From the NCBI GenBank assembly GCA_002269645.1, contig NIVC01000245.1, forward strand, positions 558,001 through 622,000: 64,000 nt of DNA, given 5' to 3'. Both the position numbers and the translations under genes were made by a program. Position 1 is the stretch's first letter. Every line of letters begins with the position of its first letter. The notes beneath the pieces were generated by a model. It saw only the letters and a list, made by a program, of their open reading frames with translations, was not told where the DNA came from and made no database searches. Shown here one piece after another: positions 1 to 11,350 of this stretch. Source of the DNA: Macrostomum lignano (lineage: Eukaryota).

Positions 1-2
1 TG

Positions 3-1946
3 TCAAGGAACAGGGTCAGACTCGCCTGGAGCACGCATTACGTTGGCGATGTTCGAGCTGTCAATAACGAACTGCTGGACACTTACCAGCTGAAGTCAAT
101 TGATGGTCTTCTAGAGTACGACGCCAATGATTTGTTCGTTTTGCGTAGACCCGATGGCAGTCTGGCTGTCGGTCCCAAGGATTTAGAAAATGATTTGGAC
201 CAAACTCTATTTGAAGAAAATACTCGTGGACTGTTTGAGACAAAACTTTTGTCAAAAATCGGCAACAAAAACTCTTCATTCTCAGTTGAGTTGGAAGGCG
301 AAGGCATTGTTAACTTTAATTATGACGTAGTTATTCGAGCAAACGGATTCGAATTCGATCGGTCATGGTTGCCAAACGTTACTACGGTGAGAAATGGCAA
401 ATATCCGAAGATAACGCCAAGCTACGAGTCCACCGACATTCCTGGACTGTACTTCGCTGGCACTTTGACGCACAGCCTTGACTATCGCAAAGCTGCCGGT
501 GGATTCATCCACGGCTTCCGGTACACCGTGAGAGCATTGCAGCGACACTTGGATGCGAAGCGAAATGACAGGCCTTGGCCTTCGCTGAAGCAGCCGTTGA
601 CTGGCCTGATTGACACCATGGTACGTCGAATCAACGAAGGCTCCGGCAACTACCAGATGTTCCAGAATCTTGGCGATGTGGTTATTGTCGACAGGTGCGT
701 CCGGGATTGACATAAATTTGCACACGTTTGCGAGCGTAGTTTCGTTAGAAATCAAAAACTCGTGGAATTTGAATAGACATTAATAAAGGAATAAGCACTC
801 TTTGGGTCACCAGCATTCTAAAAGAACTTTTGTATTCATTTTGACCTTGCCCCCCGTCGGTAGCTAGAAACCTATAGGGATCCCGTTTGAGACCTTAATA
901 TGTCAGACCTTAGCACCCAGTCAGAGAGAGACCTTGGCATTACACAGAAACCTTGACACCATAAAAAGACATTTTCGCTTTCCTAGAAGCCATGTCAGAC
1001 TAGAAACCATTGTAGCCAAGGTTCTCAGAACCCTGAGAGCACTGTAGCCAATCATACCAGGAAAATTTAGTAAACCAAAATTCAGACCTTCGACAGTTTT
1101 AAAAGCCTCTACATACGAGCGTAAACGCAACTTCTCTTATAAACACCGAGCAGAGCCGCCTCAAGCTTTACATTACTCGAGGAGTTCCCCCTGCGGCTGT
1201 TACCAAGCCTGCCGTCGGCCAGTGGCCACCCAGTGGGCCGAGACAGCCTGCTATTCGTTTTCGCTTTTGAGTACGGCAAGAACTTCTCCGGCCCAGCGCT
1301 CGACGTGTTTCATGAGGAGCGAGCCAGCTGCTCACCAGAAGATGCGTACGAGTGCAACTTTCTGCACCCGGTGATTTACCAATACAACTCGTTGCCGACC
1401 GATACCAGAAGTAAGTTGTTGCTTGTCGTTCGGTTAATGTGGATGAGGGCCAATCCCCCTCAATGCACCGAGTACGTACGACCTAAATGCCTGAGGATGA
1501 GAAATGAGCTTGTGTACATGCACGTTCGTGGATACTGTACGTGTGCTTGTGTTTGCTCAGGAGTCCAAGACAGGGGGGTCCAAGACTAATTATCTCCGTA
1601 ACACAGTGAGTAATCGACTTCAATTTCAGCCAGTCTACACAAAATGAGCCCGTCACACCTGCCAGAGCCTGACGCGATTATTCACCTGGTTGAAGATCTG
1701 CACACAAATTTCCGCGGCCGTTCGACTCACTTGGAACCGTTGGCGGCGTTTCTAGAAGCGGCACTCAAGCAGCCGATGTACCCGCTGTCTCTAGAGCGGT
1801 GCGCTATGCTGGCAGTGATGCATGGGTCGACAAAGCCAGCAGAGTCCTGGTGCGGTGGTAGCTCTGAATCTCGGCAGGACTCGGCAGCCATGCTCCGAGG
1901 CTGGTCAGCTGCCGATATGATGCAGCACGGCTGGAAGCAGAAATGA
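3..1946 (+). CDS. FOXRED2: FAD-dependent oxidoreductase domain-containing protein 2 (ERFAD), 3' part; exons <3-694, 1154-1410, 1630-1946
   Basis: Translation gives RVRLAWSTHYVGDVRAVNNELLDTYQLKS, HSLDYRKAAGGFIHGFRYTVRAL, RINEGSGNYQMF, EYGKNFSGP, NFLHPVIY and HLVEDLHT, all recognisable FOXRED2 blocks. GT-AG junctions at 694/1154 (phase 2) and 1410/1630 (phase 1) keep the frame. 5' end lies outside the window. Confidence 0.92.
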
Positions 1947-4050
1947 TCCCAAGCTCTCGCTTCGTGCGTTTAGCTTTCCTCAAGTAGAAGTGCTAAAACT
2001 GTAAAGCATACTTTGAATTAATCAATCAAAATATTCAAAAAATATTATCATATTTATCGGAACGACCCACAGTCAAAAGTTCATATTGTATTTAGAAGGG
2101 ATTTTTAAGTGGCCTCACAACCTGGAGCACGATTGCATGCGCCAAATAGAGTCAAGTTCTCACAAAAATTTGTTCATTCGCCCTCCATTAGTTATGCATG
2201 ACACTATATTTGCCAGTCCTACTTAAAATGTGTCTGTGGATCGGATAATTTGATGTAGCTACGAGTAGATTAATATTTTGTTTCATTGATGAAGCATTAA
2301 GGAATCTGTAGATGTTTAACGTGTTTAGTAAAACTAAACTAAAAAAATGGACGCAATTTCTAAGTCTAATATGCCTTATCCTTAAATAAACAGCTTTGAA
2401 ACGGGCCTCGGCAGTTATAGAGAATTTTTTCGACCTGCTAGAGCAGAATCATGAAAAATGAACTTGAACTCAATCAGCTAAATGCTCTTTTTCGAGGGGA
2501 TGACTCTCAGTGCGATCACTGGAAAAACAGGTGTTCGATTTTCGTTCATTTACTTTTAAGAATTATCTTCGATTTCAACGGGACTATAAAAATGTTGTCT
2601 AGGCATTTTATTTGTCTGTGTGCAAACCTATATCTATCCATTTTCAAGGGCTATGGATTTTGTACACAGAGCTCAAATTGAATGCAATTTTTAACGGAGA
2701 TTTTGTTGAACATGTAGCCTACATGTAGCTGCAGATCAGGGTTAGTTAACAGAGGAGTTTTTAGAAGACGCAGGTTATATCACAGAATATACTGTGGGTT
2801 ATATGAAACAACGTTCGACTAAGTTCTTGATCGAACTAGACCACAGATTCTATTAACACTAGATGGCTCACTCTCCATTCCTTCAGTGGAGGCCAAATTC
2901 TCACTGTCTATGGTTGGAATCCCTCGCTCGCGAGACTTCGCCCCCCCCCGCGCCAGCAGCTTATAACTAGCGTAGAGCCAGCAAAAAAACTTTTCTCTCA
3001 CTGATTCTAGCACACCCAGTTCTTTCTCCTGCTTTCGCTTTCACTTCCCATAGCTAGAAGAATAGAACAAAGTAGAAGAGTATAGAACACATTAAAAGCC
3101 TGCGTTTAACACTAGGGCTAAAAATAGCGATTCCAACCATAGACGATCTGTTTGGGAGCAAGATTTTTCGCTGAGTGAGCCATCTAGTGTTTATAGAATC
3201 TGTGAACTAGACTCGCCCTATGCTCAATAGTTTCTTGACAGGATTTGTCTATGTCAAAACCCCACTAGGCGCTTTATGCGTTCTCCAGCGCATACTGAAT
3301 GCACCAGAGATGCGACAAATATACGCTCCTTACCAGCACTCAGCTTCTTTCTAAGAAAATACATTGTAGTGTCTTTCTATAGAAGTTGTGTCACTATACC
3401 TCTGCCGCAGACGTACGAGTTTAGTAAAATCGAATTAATTATGAAGATAAGACCGACAAGAAATATTTCTATCCTGAATACAAAAAACAAACAGCATTCT
3501 CAGCAAGTCTACAAGGCACCAACTAAGCTGTCCAGTATGTTGTATTATCAATTCAACAATTTACGAAAACAGTTGGATGAAAACGCAAACTTACAAGTAG
3601 ATATCTTAATACAAGAAAATAACTTTCTAACGTAATATTAAAAAACTGTTACGTCCAATGCAACATCGAGTCAATTGAAGCACCAAAAAGATAACAAAAA
3701 AACTTATTTAGATATGAGCAGCATACGAGTATTAATGTTAGCACAGTCTGGAGTCGCAGAAGTCATATTTGGACTTACAATAGAAATGCTAGCCTGTTAA
3801 ATCACCATGTGCGCTGAATGTTAATTAAAAGTACAACTGAAATAGTAAATTATACGAATACATTGATAAGCCAAAATAGTAAACTAGCATAAATTAAATG
3901 CTGCGAAAGTTTATAGTTATGCATACAGCTGTTGAATAGGTTAAATAAAACCTGTATTATCAGTGTTATATTATATGCATACTGTATTAAATAGAACTGT
4001 TACCTATTGCATCTCTAAACTTTAAATTGAATGCATATAACTGCTTGCCA

Positions 4051-4412
4051 GAGTCGTTGCAGGTAACACAGGTAAAACAGGAAGGAGCTGACTCTAGAAC
4101 GACAAGATGTCACGACTCATTGTTTGCGACTCCGGTGCGACGCAAGTGACTTAGGGACGCTTCTATAATGACCCTGGGGTCTGGGGTCGCAGTTAGCTAA
4201 AACAACTTTTTCGTCTACCTGAGTACCTGGTAACACAAACGATTATGGAATGAATGTTTTACGACTCTATAACTCAAGTGATGTACTTTTGACTTAACAG
4301 CAACTTCTTCAGTTGTTTGAGTCGTTTAAAAGCCACAAGAATCGAACCAGAGTCGCTAGAGTCACTAGTGAGTTGTTCGCAATGATGTTTTTAGCAATTA
4401 TTGTCACGGTCA
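4051..4412. repeat. Dispersed GAGTC/GACTC-rich repeat family, copy 1
   Basis: Shares GCAGGTAACACAGGTAAAA, ACGACAAGATGTCA and terminal ATTATTGTCACG blocks with copies at ~7968-8345 and ~17388-17920. Confidence 0.7.
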
Positions 4413-4713
4413 CGTTTTCAACATAAACTTTTTCATATAAAGCTTTTAAAAAGGTCAACAAAAATTGAATGCTAAACATAACCCTAACCCAAATCGCTGA
4501 CAGTCAACTGTTGTGCTCACCTTACTAGCTTCAAATGATCTGATCCGATATTCAGAAGTTCAGCAGGTGAGAAAACAGCTGAAAAAGATGTATTTTCTAG
4601 CACAATAATGTCTATTATAATGTAGATAAACAAAATATTCGAGTGATGCAGTTTGAAAAAAAAATCTTCTGTTTTAACTCCGGGCGCACAACCAACCAAG
4701 ACAACCTGAAATA

Positions 4714-5234
4714 TCAATCGGCGATTATTTCCACAACATCGTCAGATTGTTCAACCATCAGGCGTTGCTGCTGGTTCTGTCGCTTTTGCAAGGACACTCG
4801 GCCGTGATTAGCCAAGATGGCGCTAGCAGCGGCTTCGCTAGGGTGATATTTCATGTGCAGCTTCAGGCTGAGCCGGTGGGTGAAGCTCTTGCCGCAGATG
4901 GGGCAGCAGTGGGGCCGCTCCCCGGTGTGCAGGCGCATGTGATCGTCCAGCGTGTTGGCCTGGCGGAAGCGCTGGCCGCACAGGTCGCACTTGTGCGGCT
5001 TGTCGCCCGTGTGGGTCAGCAGGTGGTGGTTCAGGTGGGCCAGCTGGCGGAAGGCGCGGCCGCACAGTTCGCAGTCGAATGGCTTCTCGTCACGGTGTAT
5101 CCGCATGTGCACCTGGGACAGATGGGTTTGGTGTGAGGGTTGATGGGCAAGTTGATGAATAGGTACGCTCGTAAAAAGATATATAAATAGATAGACAGAT
5201 AGATAGATGGATTGATGAACTGATAAATAGATAG

Positions 5235-5265
<31 letters not shown>

Positions 5266-5299
5266 GATGGATAGATATATAGATGGATAGATAGATAGG

Positions 5300-5381
<82 letters not shown>

Positions 5382-5395
5382 TGGATAGATAGATG

Positions 5396-5431
<36 letters not shown>

Positions 5432-5433
5432 TG

Positions 5434-5524
<91 letters not shown>

Positions 5525-5568
5525 GGATAGATAGATAGATAGATAGATAAAATAGATAGATAGATAGC

Positions 5569-5647
<79 letters not shown>

Positions 5648-6589
5648 AATAGATAGATAGATAGATAAATAAAAAAAAGATAGATACAGACAGATAGATA
5701 CATAGCTAAGTTTATTGAAATTAAAACTCATTAAGCTCCAGACAGTGGAATGTACCTTCAGGTAGCCTTGATTAGCGTAGGCCTTGCCGCACACGGAGCA
5801 TCTGTACTTTTTATCCGAATGATGAATCGGCACGTGACGCTTCAAGCTGGTCAGGGTGGCGAAGCACTTGCCGCACTGCTCGCACTCGTGCCTCTTCTCG
5901 CCCGTGTGCGTCTCCAAGTGGTTGCGAAGGTGAGCGAACAGGTGGAACCTGCGCTGGCAGATGTAGCAAGAGAAGCGCTTCTCCTGATCCACGCTCAGCA
6001 GCCGAGCCTTGATCGCAGCAACGGACACGTGTTGCGGATAATCGAACTGCTGTTGTAATGCCTTCTGCTGACGTCCGTTTTGCAACACCTGAGACGACAT
6101 CTGCTTCTGCTGTTCCATCGGCTGTCCGTTGTCGTGGGCAGCTCGATAAACCGACTGACTATTACTACCTGCATTACCGAAATCTCCGCCGTGTTTATCG
6201 GACAGGTAATTAGCTAATCTGCTAATTGTCGAGTTCAGAGTCGGAGCCATTATAGCAGCAGTCGGAGAAGATTCAATTTCAACAACCGAAGCTACGGAAT
6301 CTGCAAAATCTGGTTGCTGAGCACGACTGGACACGAAATAGGGATCATCTTCGTTCGAGAGCATGCCGGATTCGACTTTCATTTGCAGTTGCAGATAAGC
6401 CGGTTCAGGAGGAGCGAACTTGCTCTTCAATCTCGCTAGCAGCTGGTTTAGCTCTTCGTCTTGATGAAGCTGAGCCCGCTCGTCTGGATTCGATGGAGCC
6501 GAAGGCTGGTACTGATAATGAAGGTCATCGAGCACCCACTCCAGGGAAGCTTTAACTGGCTTATTGACTGACTTTCGGTTGCCGCTCAT
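4714..6589 (-). CDS. C2H2 zinc-finger protein, 6 fingers; exons 6589-5756 and 5112-4714
   Basis: Six C-x2-C-x12-H-x3-H fingers with HTGEK/HTGDKP/HTGERP linkers. Donor AAG|GTACA at 5756/5755 and acceptor CCCAG|GTG at 5113/5112 join YLK|VHMRIH, completing finger 3. An additional upstream exon cannot be excluded. Confidence 0.9.
5186..5700. repeat. (GATA)n microsatellite in the zinc-finger gene intron
   Basis: About 500 bp of near-perfect GATA units; explains the YLSI-repeat ORF translations. Confidence 0.97.
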
Positions 6590-6682
6590 CTCGGCGATTG
6601 ATTCGTTTTTACATGCAAAATTGTAAATTTGATAAACACTGGCTAGCTAGAGTTTACTTATATTCTGGTGTACTTTTTAAAG

Positions 6683-7470
6683 AGATAACGGGCTTGTTTA
6701 GTGAGTGGTGGTTCATGTACATTCTGATGTACATTTTGAATAAATAAGTTCGGGCCTGGTTAGTAAGGGGTGGAAGCATGTGCATTCTTAATTGATGTAG
6801 GAGATAAGGGGCCTGGTTAGTAAGGGATGGAAGCATGTGCATTCTTAATTGATGTAGGAGATAAGGGGCCTGGTTAGTAAGGGGTGGGAGAATGTGCATT
6901 CTTAATTGATGTAGGAGATAAGGGGCCTGGTTAGTAAGGGATGGAAGCATGTGCATTCTTAATTGATGTAGGAGATAAGGGGCCTGGTTAGTAAGGGGTG
7001 GAAGCATGTGCATTCTTAATTGATGTAGGAGATAACGGGCCTGCTTAGTGAGGGGTTGGAGCATGTACATTCTGATGTACATTTTGAAGAGATAACGGGC
7101 CTGCTTAGTGAGGGGTTGGAGCATGTACATTCTGATGTACATTTTGAAGAGATAACGGGCCTGCTTAGTGAGGGGTTGGAGCATGTACATTCTGATGTAC
7201 ATTTTGAAGAGATAACGGGCCTGCTTAGTGAGGGGTTGGAGCATGTACATTCTGATGTACATTTTGAAGAGATAACGGGCCTGCTTAGTGAGGGGTTGGA
7301 GCATGTACATTCTGATGTACATTTTGAAGAGATAACGGGCCTGCTTAGTGAGGGGTTGGAGCATGTACATTCTGATGTACATTTTGAAGAGATACCGGGC
7401 CTGCTTAGTGAGGGGTGGGAGCATGTACATTCTGAAGACAACGGGCCTGGTTAATGAGCGGTTGGGGTTA
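6683..7470. repeat. Bipartite minisatellite: 57 bp units followed by related 60 bp units
   Basis: GAGATAAGGGGCCTGGTTAGTAAGG... period 57 (6801 to 6858) then GATAACGGGCCTGCTTAGTGAGGGG... period 60; ORF translations show 19 aa and 20 aa periodicity. Confidence 0.95.
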
Positions 7471-7967
7471 CATTCTAGAAGATCAAAATAATTTGATAAT
7501 TATTGAAAAGAATATAAGCTTAGACAAAAATATACATTTTCGAATGCGAAGAAATAAATATAATTTTTGGAAAATTTACATTGTACACTTTAAATAGGGA
7601 ACAATAATAATAAGCAAAATAAGCATCTCAGTAAGGTATCTTTTTAGGATAAACAGCAGTGCTTAAGCAGAATATAAAAATAAACTATAAGATATGACTA
7701 GATTTTAGCTCGCATGATAAAGCATTGAGCTGTAAAACATTGCGACTAGGTGAGGTAAAACCATCGATAAACTATTTTAATAACTATTAGAGCGTATTGT
7801 AAAAATGATTCTAGATTTTCTGTGTCACGTAGTATGTTAATGATGCATTTCATTTTTTTAGCTTCTAATCTTTCAATTTCAATATTTCATTGCAAGCATT
7901 AATACTTTTTGATATTTTTTTTAGTTCGTGGGAGTTCCAAACTTCTGTGACCCAGACCAAAAAGCGC

Positions 7968-8345
7968 CTGGAGTTGCTGCAGATGACACGGTTAAAATCG
8001 GAAAGGAGTGACTCTACAGTATACGACTCTATAAAACGTCGAAATGTCGTCGGTAAAAGTCGTCAGAGTCGCATGAGTTAATTTTAGACGTTTAATTGTC
8101 TGCTACTCATGGGCGCTTTCGTATTTATAACAACTGTTACTTAGTTTACTATAATTGGTAGAAAGTTAAGTACTAGCACAACGACTATTGGACGAATTTT
8201 TCGACTCTTTCTACGATTCCTAAAACTCACGTGATGCTCTCGTGACTCAACAGTCGCCTCTCCGTCGCACTATACTCGTAGTCGTTTGAGTCGTTGAAAA
8301 AAGCAATGGTTATTTTGCGATTATTGTCACGATAACGTTTCCAAC
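7968..8345. repeat. Dispersed GAGTC/GACTC-rich repeat family, copy 2
   Basis: GAAAGTTAAGTACTAGCACAACGACT and CAGTCGCCTCTCCGTCGCA match blocks near 17741 and 17802; same terminal ATTATTGTCACG as copy 1. Confidence 0.7.
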
Positions 8346-8447
8346 GTGTCAGTAAATCTGTAAACATGGAGTCTGCATACTACTCTGCAGTGTAAATGGT
8401 AAATTGCAGTTTTGATGCTTTGATTAAAAAACCTATAGCGGCGCTAA

Positions 8448-10175
8448 TTAAACAATTATTTGACGACTAATTAGCAATTGCGAAGCCAACACAGCCAACA
8501 GCATCAGGGCGATCACTCCAGCCGAAGGGCCCAGTCCTGACGACTGACCAGGACCTAAAAAATCTATCCCGTGAAAATGTCTCTGACAGTCAATTTCGTC
8601 CGAAGACAGATCAGAGGCACTGCCAGCGTCCAGACAGTCATCGTAGCCGTTGCAATAGTGATTGCTGTAGATGCAGTGGCCGCCGGTGTCATTCATGGAG
8701 CTCGAGCCGCACCAGAAACCATTGTACATGTACTTTACACAGCTCGATAATCGATCTTCTCGGGTCAGATGGACTCGGAAGCGGGCATAGATTAGTACGG
8801 ATATTGTCATGCCCGATGCTCGAGTCATGTTCGAGCGACGCCACGATAATTTAGCAAATCTGTGTGCGGAATAAATACAGACTGTTTCAAGTCTACTTTC
8901 TGCCCATACTATTTTTCGCCATCTCTTGATAATTTTCTGATAACTTAACGTAGCTGTATGTGCTACGCAAGGAGTCCCTCTAAATAGCACTTCTTCATAT
9001 TTTTTTTAGATTTGGACTTTATGCTTAACTCGTATAGAAAGGTAGGAATTTGATCTGATGTATAATAGCCTACCGAAACGAGGAGAATGTCTATGTATAT
9101 GCATTTGCCATAGACATTCTCCGAGTTTCAGTTGGTTATTGAAATGTATCCCACGAATGCAAGGAGCGGAGAATATTGACTAGATTCGCGGAGATTACGA
9201 GTATTCTCCGCTCCCTGTATTCGCAAGACACGTTTTGTCCATGGTAGAAGAAAGTGTTTAACCAGCCTCACCTTGGCTCAAAGAGTTAATTTTATTGTCT
9301 ATGGCAGCGGAGGTCACTTAGTGAGAATCTCCGCTAGCGAAGCACTAGAGACATAGACAAGGCGTAGAGGCAAAGTGGGATACATTTCATAAAACACTAT
9401 CGCTATTTTTGTGCCTGAAAATATAAGATTTTTCTTCTATGGTACATCCTTCAACTTAAGTCGCAGTTTGTTTGCACCATCTGAAAATGACATCATAAAC
9501 TCGGTACATTGCAGTTATTCCCAATTCCACTGAGCAGACAGGATGTAAATCGGCCCTGACTTTCTATTCTCATCTTCAGGCAGTGTACAAACTCTGTGCC
9601 TTGGTCAGACACGGAAGAACACACCTGTACTTAGTCTTGTGCAGATATGGATAAACCCTGTTAGTACAGTTGAACTCTACAGATTCGCTGCGCATTTTAC
9701 TGTGCCAATGCTGGTGATGCGCCAACGGACTGAACTCGCTGGAGTTGAGCACCAGGGTGTCTCCGCATTCCGGTGGCGAATTGATATTGAACGCTAATCG
9801 CCAGGTGAATTCCCTGTTTAACTCATCAGAGTTGCTGCTCACAGCTGCCCAGGTGAAAGCGCCATCGCACAGGATGAAGGCGTCAAGAAGACTCTCATCA
9901 GGCTGTTGGGTGCCAATCAGCAGGCTGTGATCGATGTAATTCAATCTATCGTCAGTTTTCAGGCAGCGCTTATGAATTCTTGGCAGTAGATAATTAGTGA
10001 TGTCCAGCTTTCTACTGACAGTAGTTGACTCTAGAGGCGGTGTTTGGGTAGAACCGCTGGGATTATTTAACACAGTGTCGGGCTTTTTAACAACGCTAGC
10101 CGAGTCCTCTGAGAGTGCCGCGTTGCTGGTCAAAACGGCCCAAATAAGGGCTGCGGCAGCGGTAGTTGAAGCCAT
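8448..10175 (-). CDS. Secreted/membrane-anchored protein with divergent CUB-like region and one LDL-receptor class A module; exons 10175-9625 and 8859-8448
   Basis: N-terminal signal-like MASTTAAAALIWAVLTSNAALS; C-terminal C..FWC..CI..YCNGYDDC..SDEIDC LDLa pattern; hydrophobic tail AGVIALMLLAVLASQLLI. Phase-2 junction TACAG|GTGTGT to CACAG|A. The CUB-like call is tentative. Confidence 0.75.
9073..9388. other. Cluster of three related hairpins, partly inside a 14 bp inverted-repeat pair (MITE-like or structured RNA)
   Basis: Stems 9073-9095/9109-9131 (20/23 paired), 9154-9175/9202-9223 (20/22) and 9295-9360; GAAATGTATCCCAC (9141-9154) is the exact reverse complement of 9375-9388. Confidence 0.6.
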
Positions 10176-11100
10176 CTGAGAATTCTACAAGCTGGTCACG
10201 CCTGATGACGGTTCTGACAGCGCAGTTGAAACATGCTGAAGTATTTGTTTATTCAAAATCGATCTTTTTTAAACACACAAGTTAGCTACACGAAATATAC
10301 TCCTCCTATCTGTGACTATGCTAAAAAATTCCAGTAAGATTGAAGTCATTTAAAATTAAATACGCTAATGAAATAAAGCGTAGGTTTATTATTAAATCCA
10401 AAAAATAACTTTGGTCAATAACACAAATAGACTAAGGCCCAGAAAATTGAAAATTGCAAAATATGTATAGAAAAACAGGTTTGGACGGAGTATTTTAAGT
10501 TAAAATTATAAAGTACTCAATGTACTTAACTCAGCAGTGCAAAACTAAAAAATAACTTTATTGAGTAGGAAAAAAGTAAATATTGTTAGCAACTGTTGCT
10601 TATAATATACTCAGACTCACAGCATTCTGCGATGGAGCCCAATAGCATTCACACAATATTCGAGACTGATGGTTCAACAAACTTGCCTAAAATGATTTGT
10701 TGAATTTCCCAAAAGTCTGTCATGCAGTGTGCAATGCAATTATAGCAATACCATCGTTTGCCAGATTATTATACTACTTTTGTACGCTAGTAACAGTAGT
10801 AGAATTAAAAAACGTTGCGTTAATTTTTCGACGAAACTTGAGGCTGAGTTGTCACTACGTCGTCAGGGCTATTAGACTCAGTTGCAGGTGAAACTTTAGA
10901 CTTAGGAGAGGCCGGACCAACATATCCGTGCTGTTTATTGCGTGAAGTTGAACGGGTCCGGGACTATTTGTAGGGCTGCTACCAGCCGACGAACTGGTGG
11001 CCATTGTGGTCTCACAGCAAGCGCAGTTGCAGCAGTTGCAGCGCCGCTCTGCGTGAGGGAAAGCACGGGACTTTATATTAATCGATTTGACGTCTCCTTG

Positions 11101-11350
11101 CTGTGGTAGCCTATGACCAATCCAGCGACTCTGTGGTAGCTTATGAACAATTCGGCGACTCTATGGTAGCCTATGACCACTATAGTAGGGTATGACCACT
11201 ATAGTGATTTAATGGTAGCCTATGACCAATCCAGCGATTCTATGATAGCCTATGACCACTATAGCATAGGCTATGACCACTATGACCACTATAGTGATTC
11301 AATGGTAGCTTATGACCAATTTAGTGGTTTCTATGGGAGCTTATAACCAA
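11101..11350. repeat. Degenerate minisatellite with GGTAGCCTATGACCA core
   Basis: Roughly 10 or more imperfect copies of (G)TAGCCTATGACCA(A/C)T. Confidence 0.85.

Noticed and set aside
4714-5703. 329 aa and 499 aa ORFs with YLSI repeats
   Set aside because: The repeats are the (GATA)n intron read through; the real protein splices 5756 to 5112.
6654-7454. Periodic ORFs (MYMLQPLTKQARY..., MEHVHSDVHF...)
   Set aside because: Translations of a minisatellite, open in several frames on both strands with no splice or domain support.
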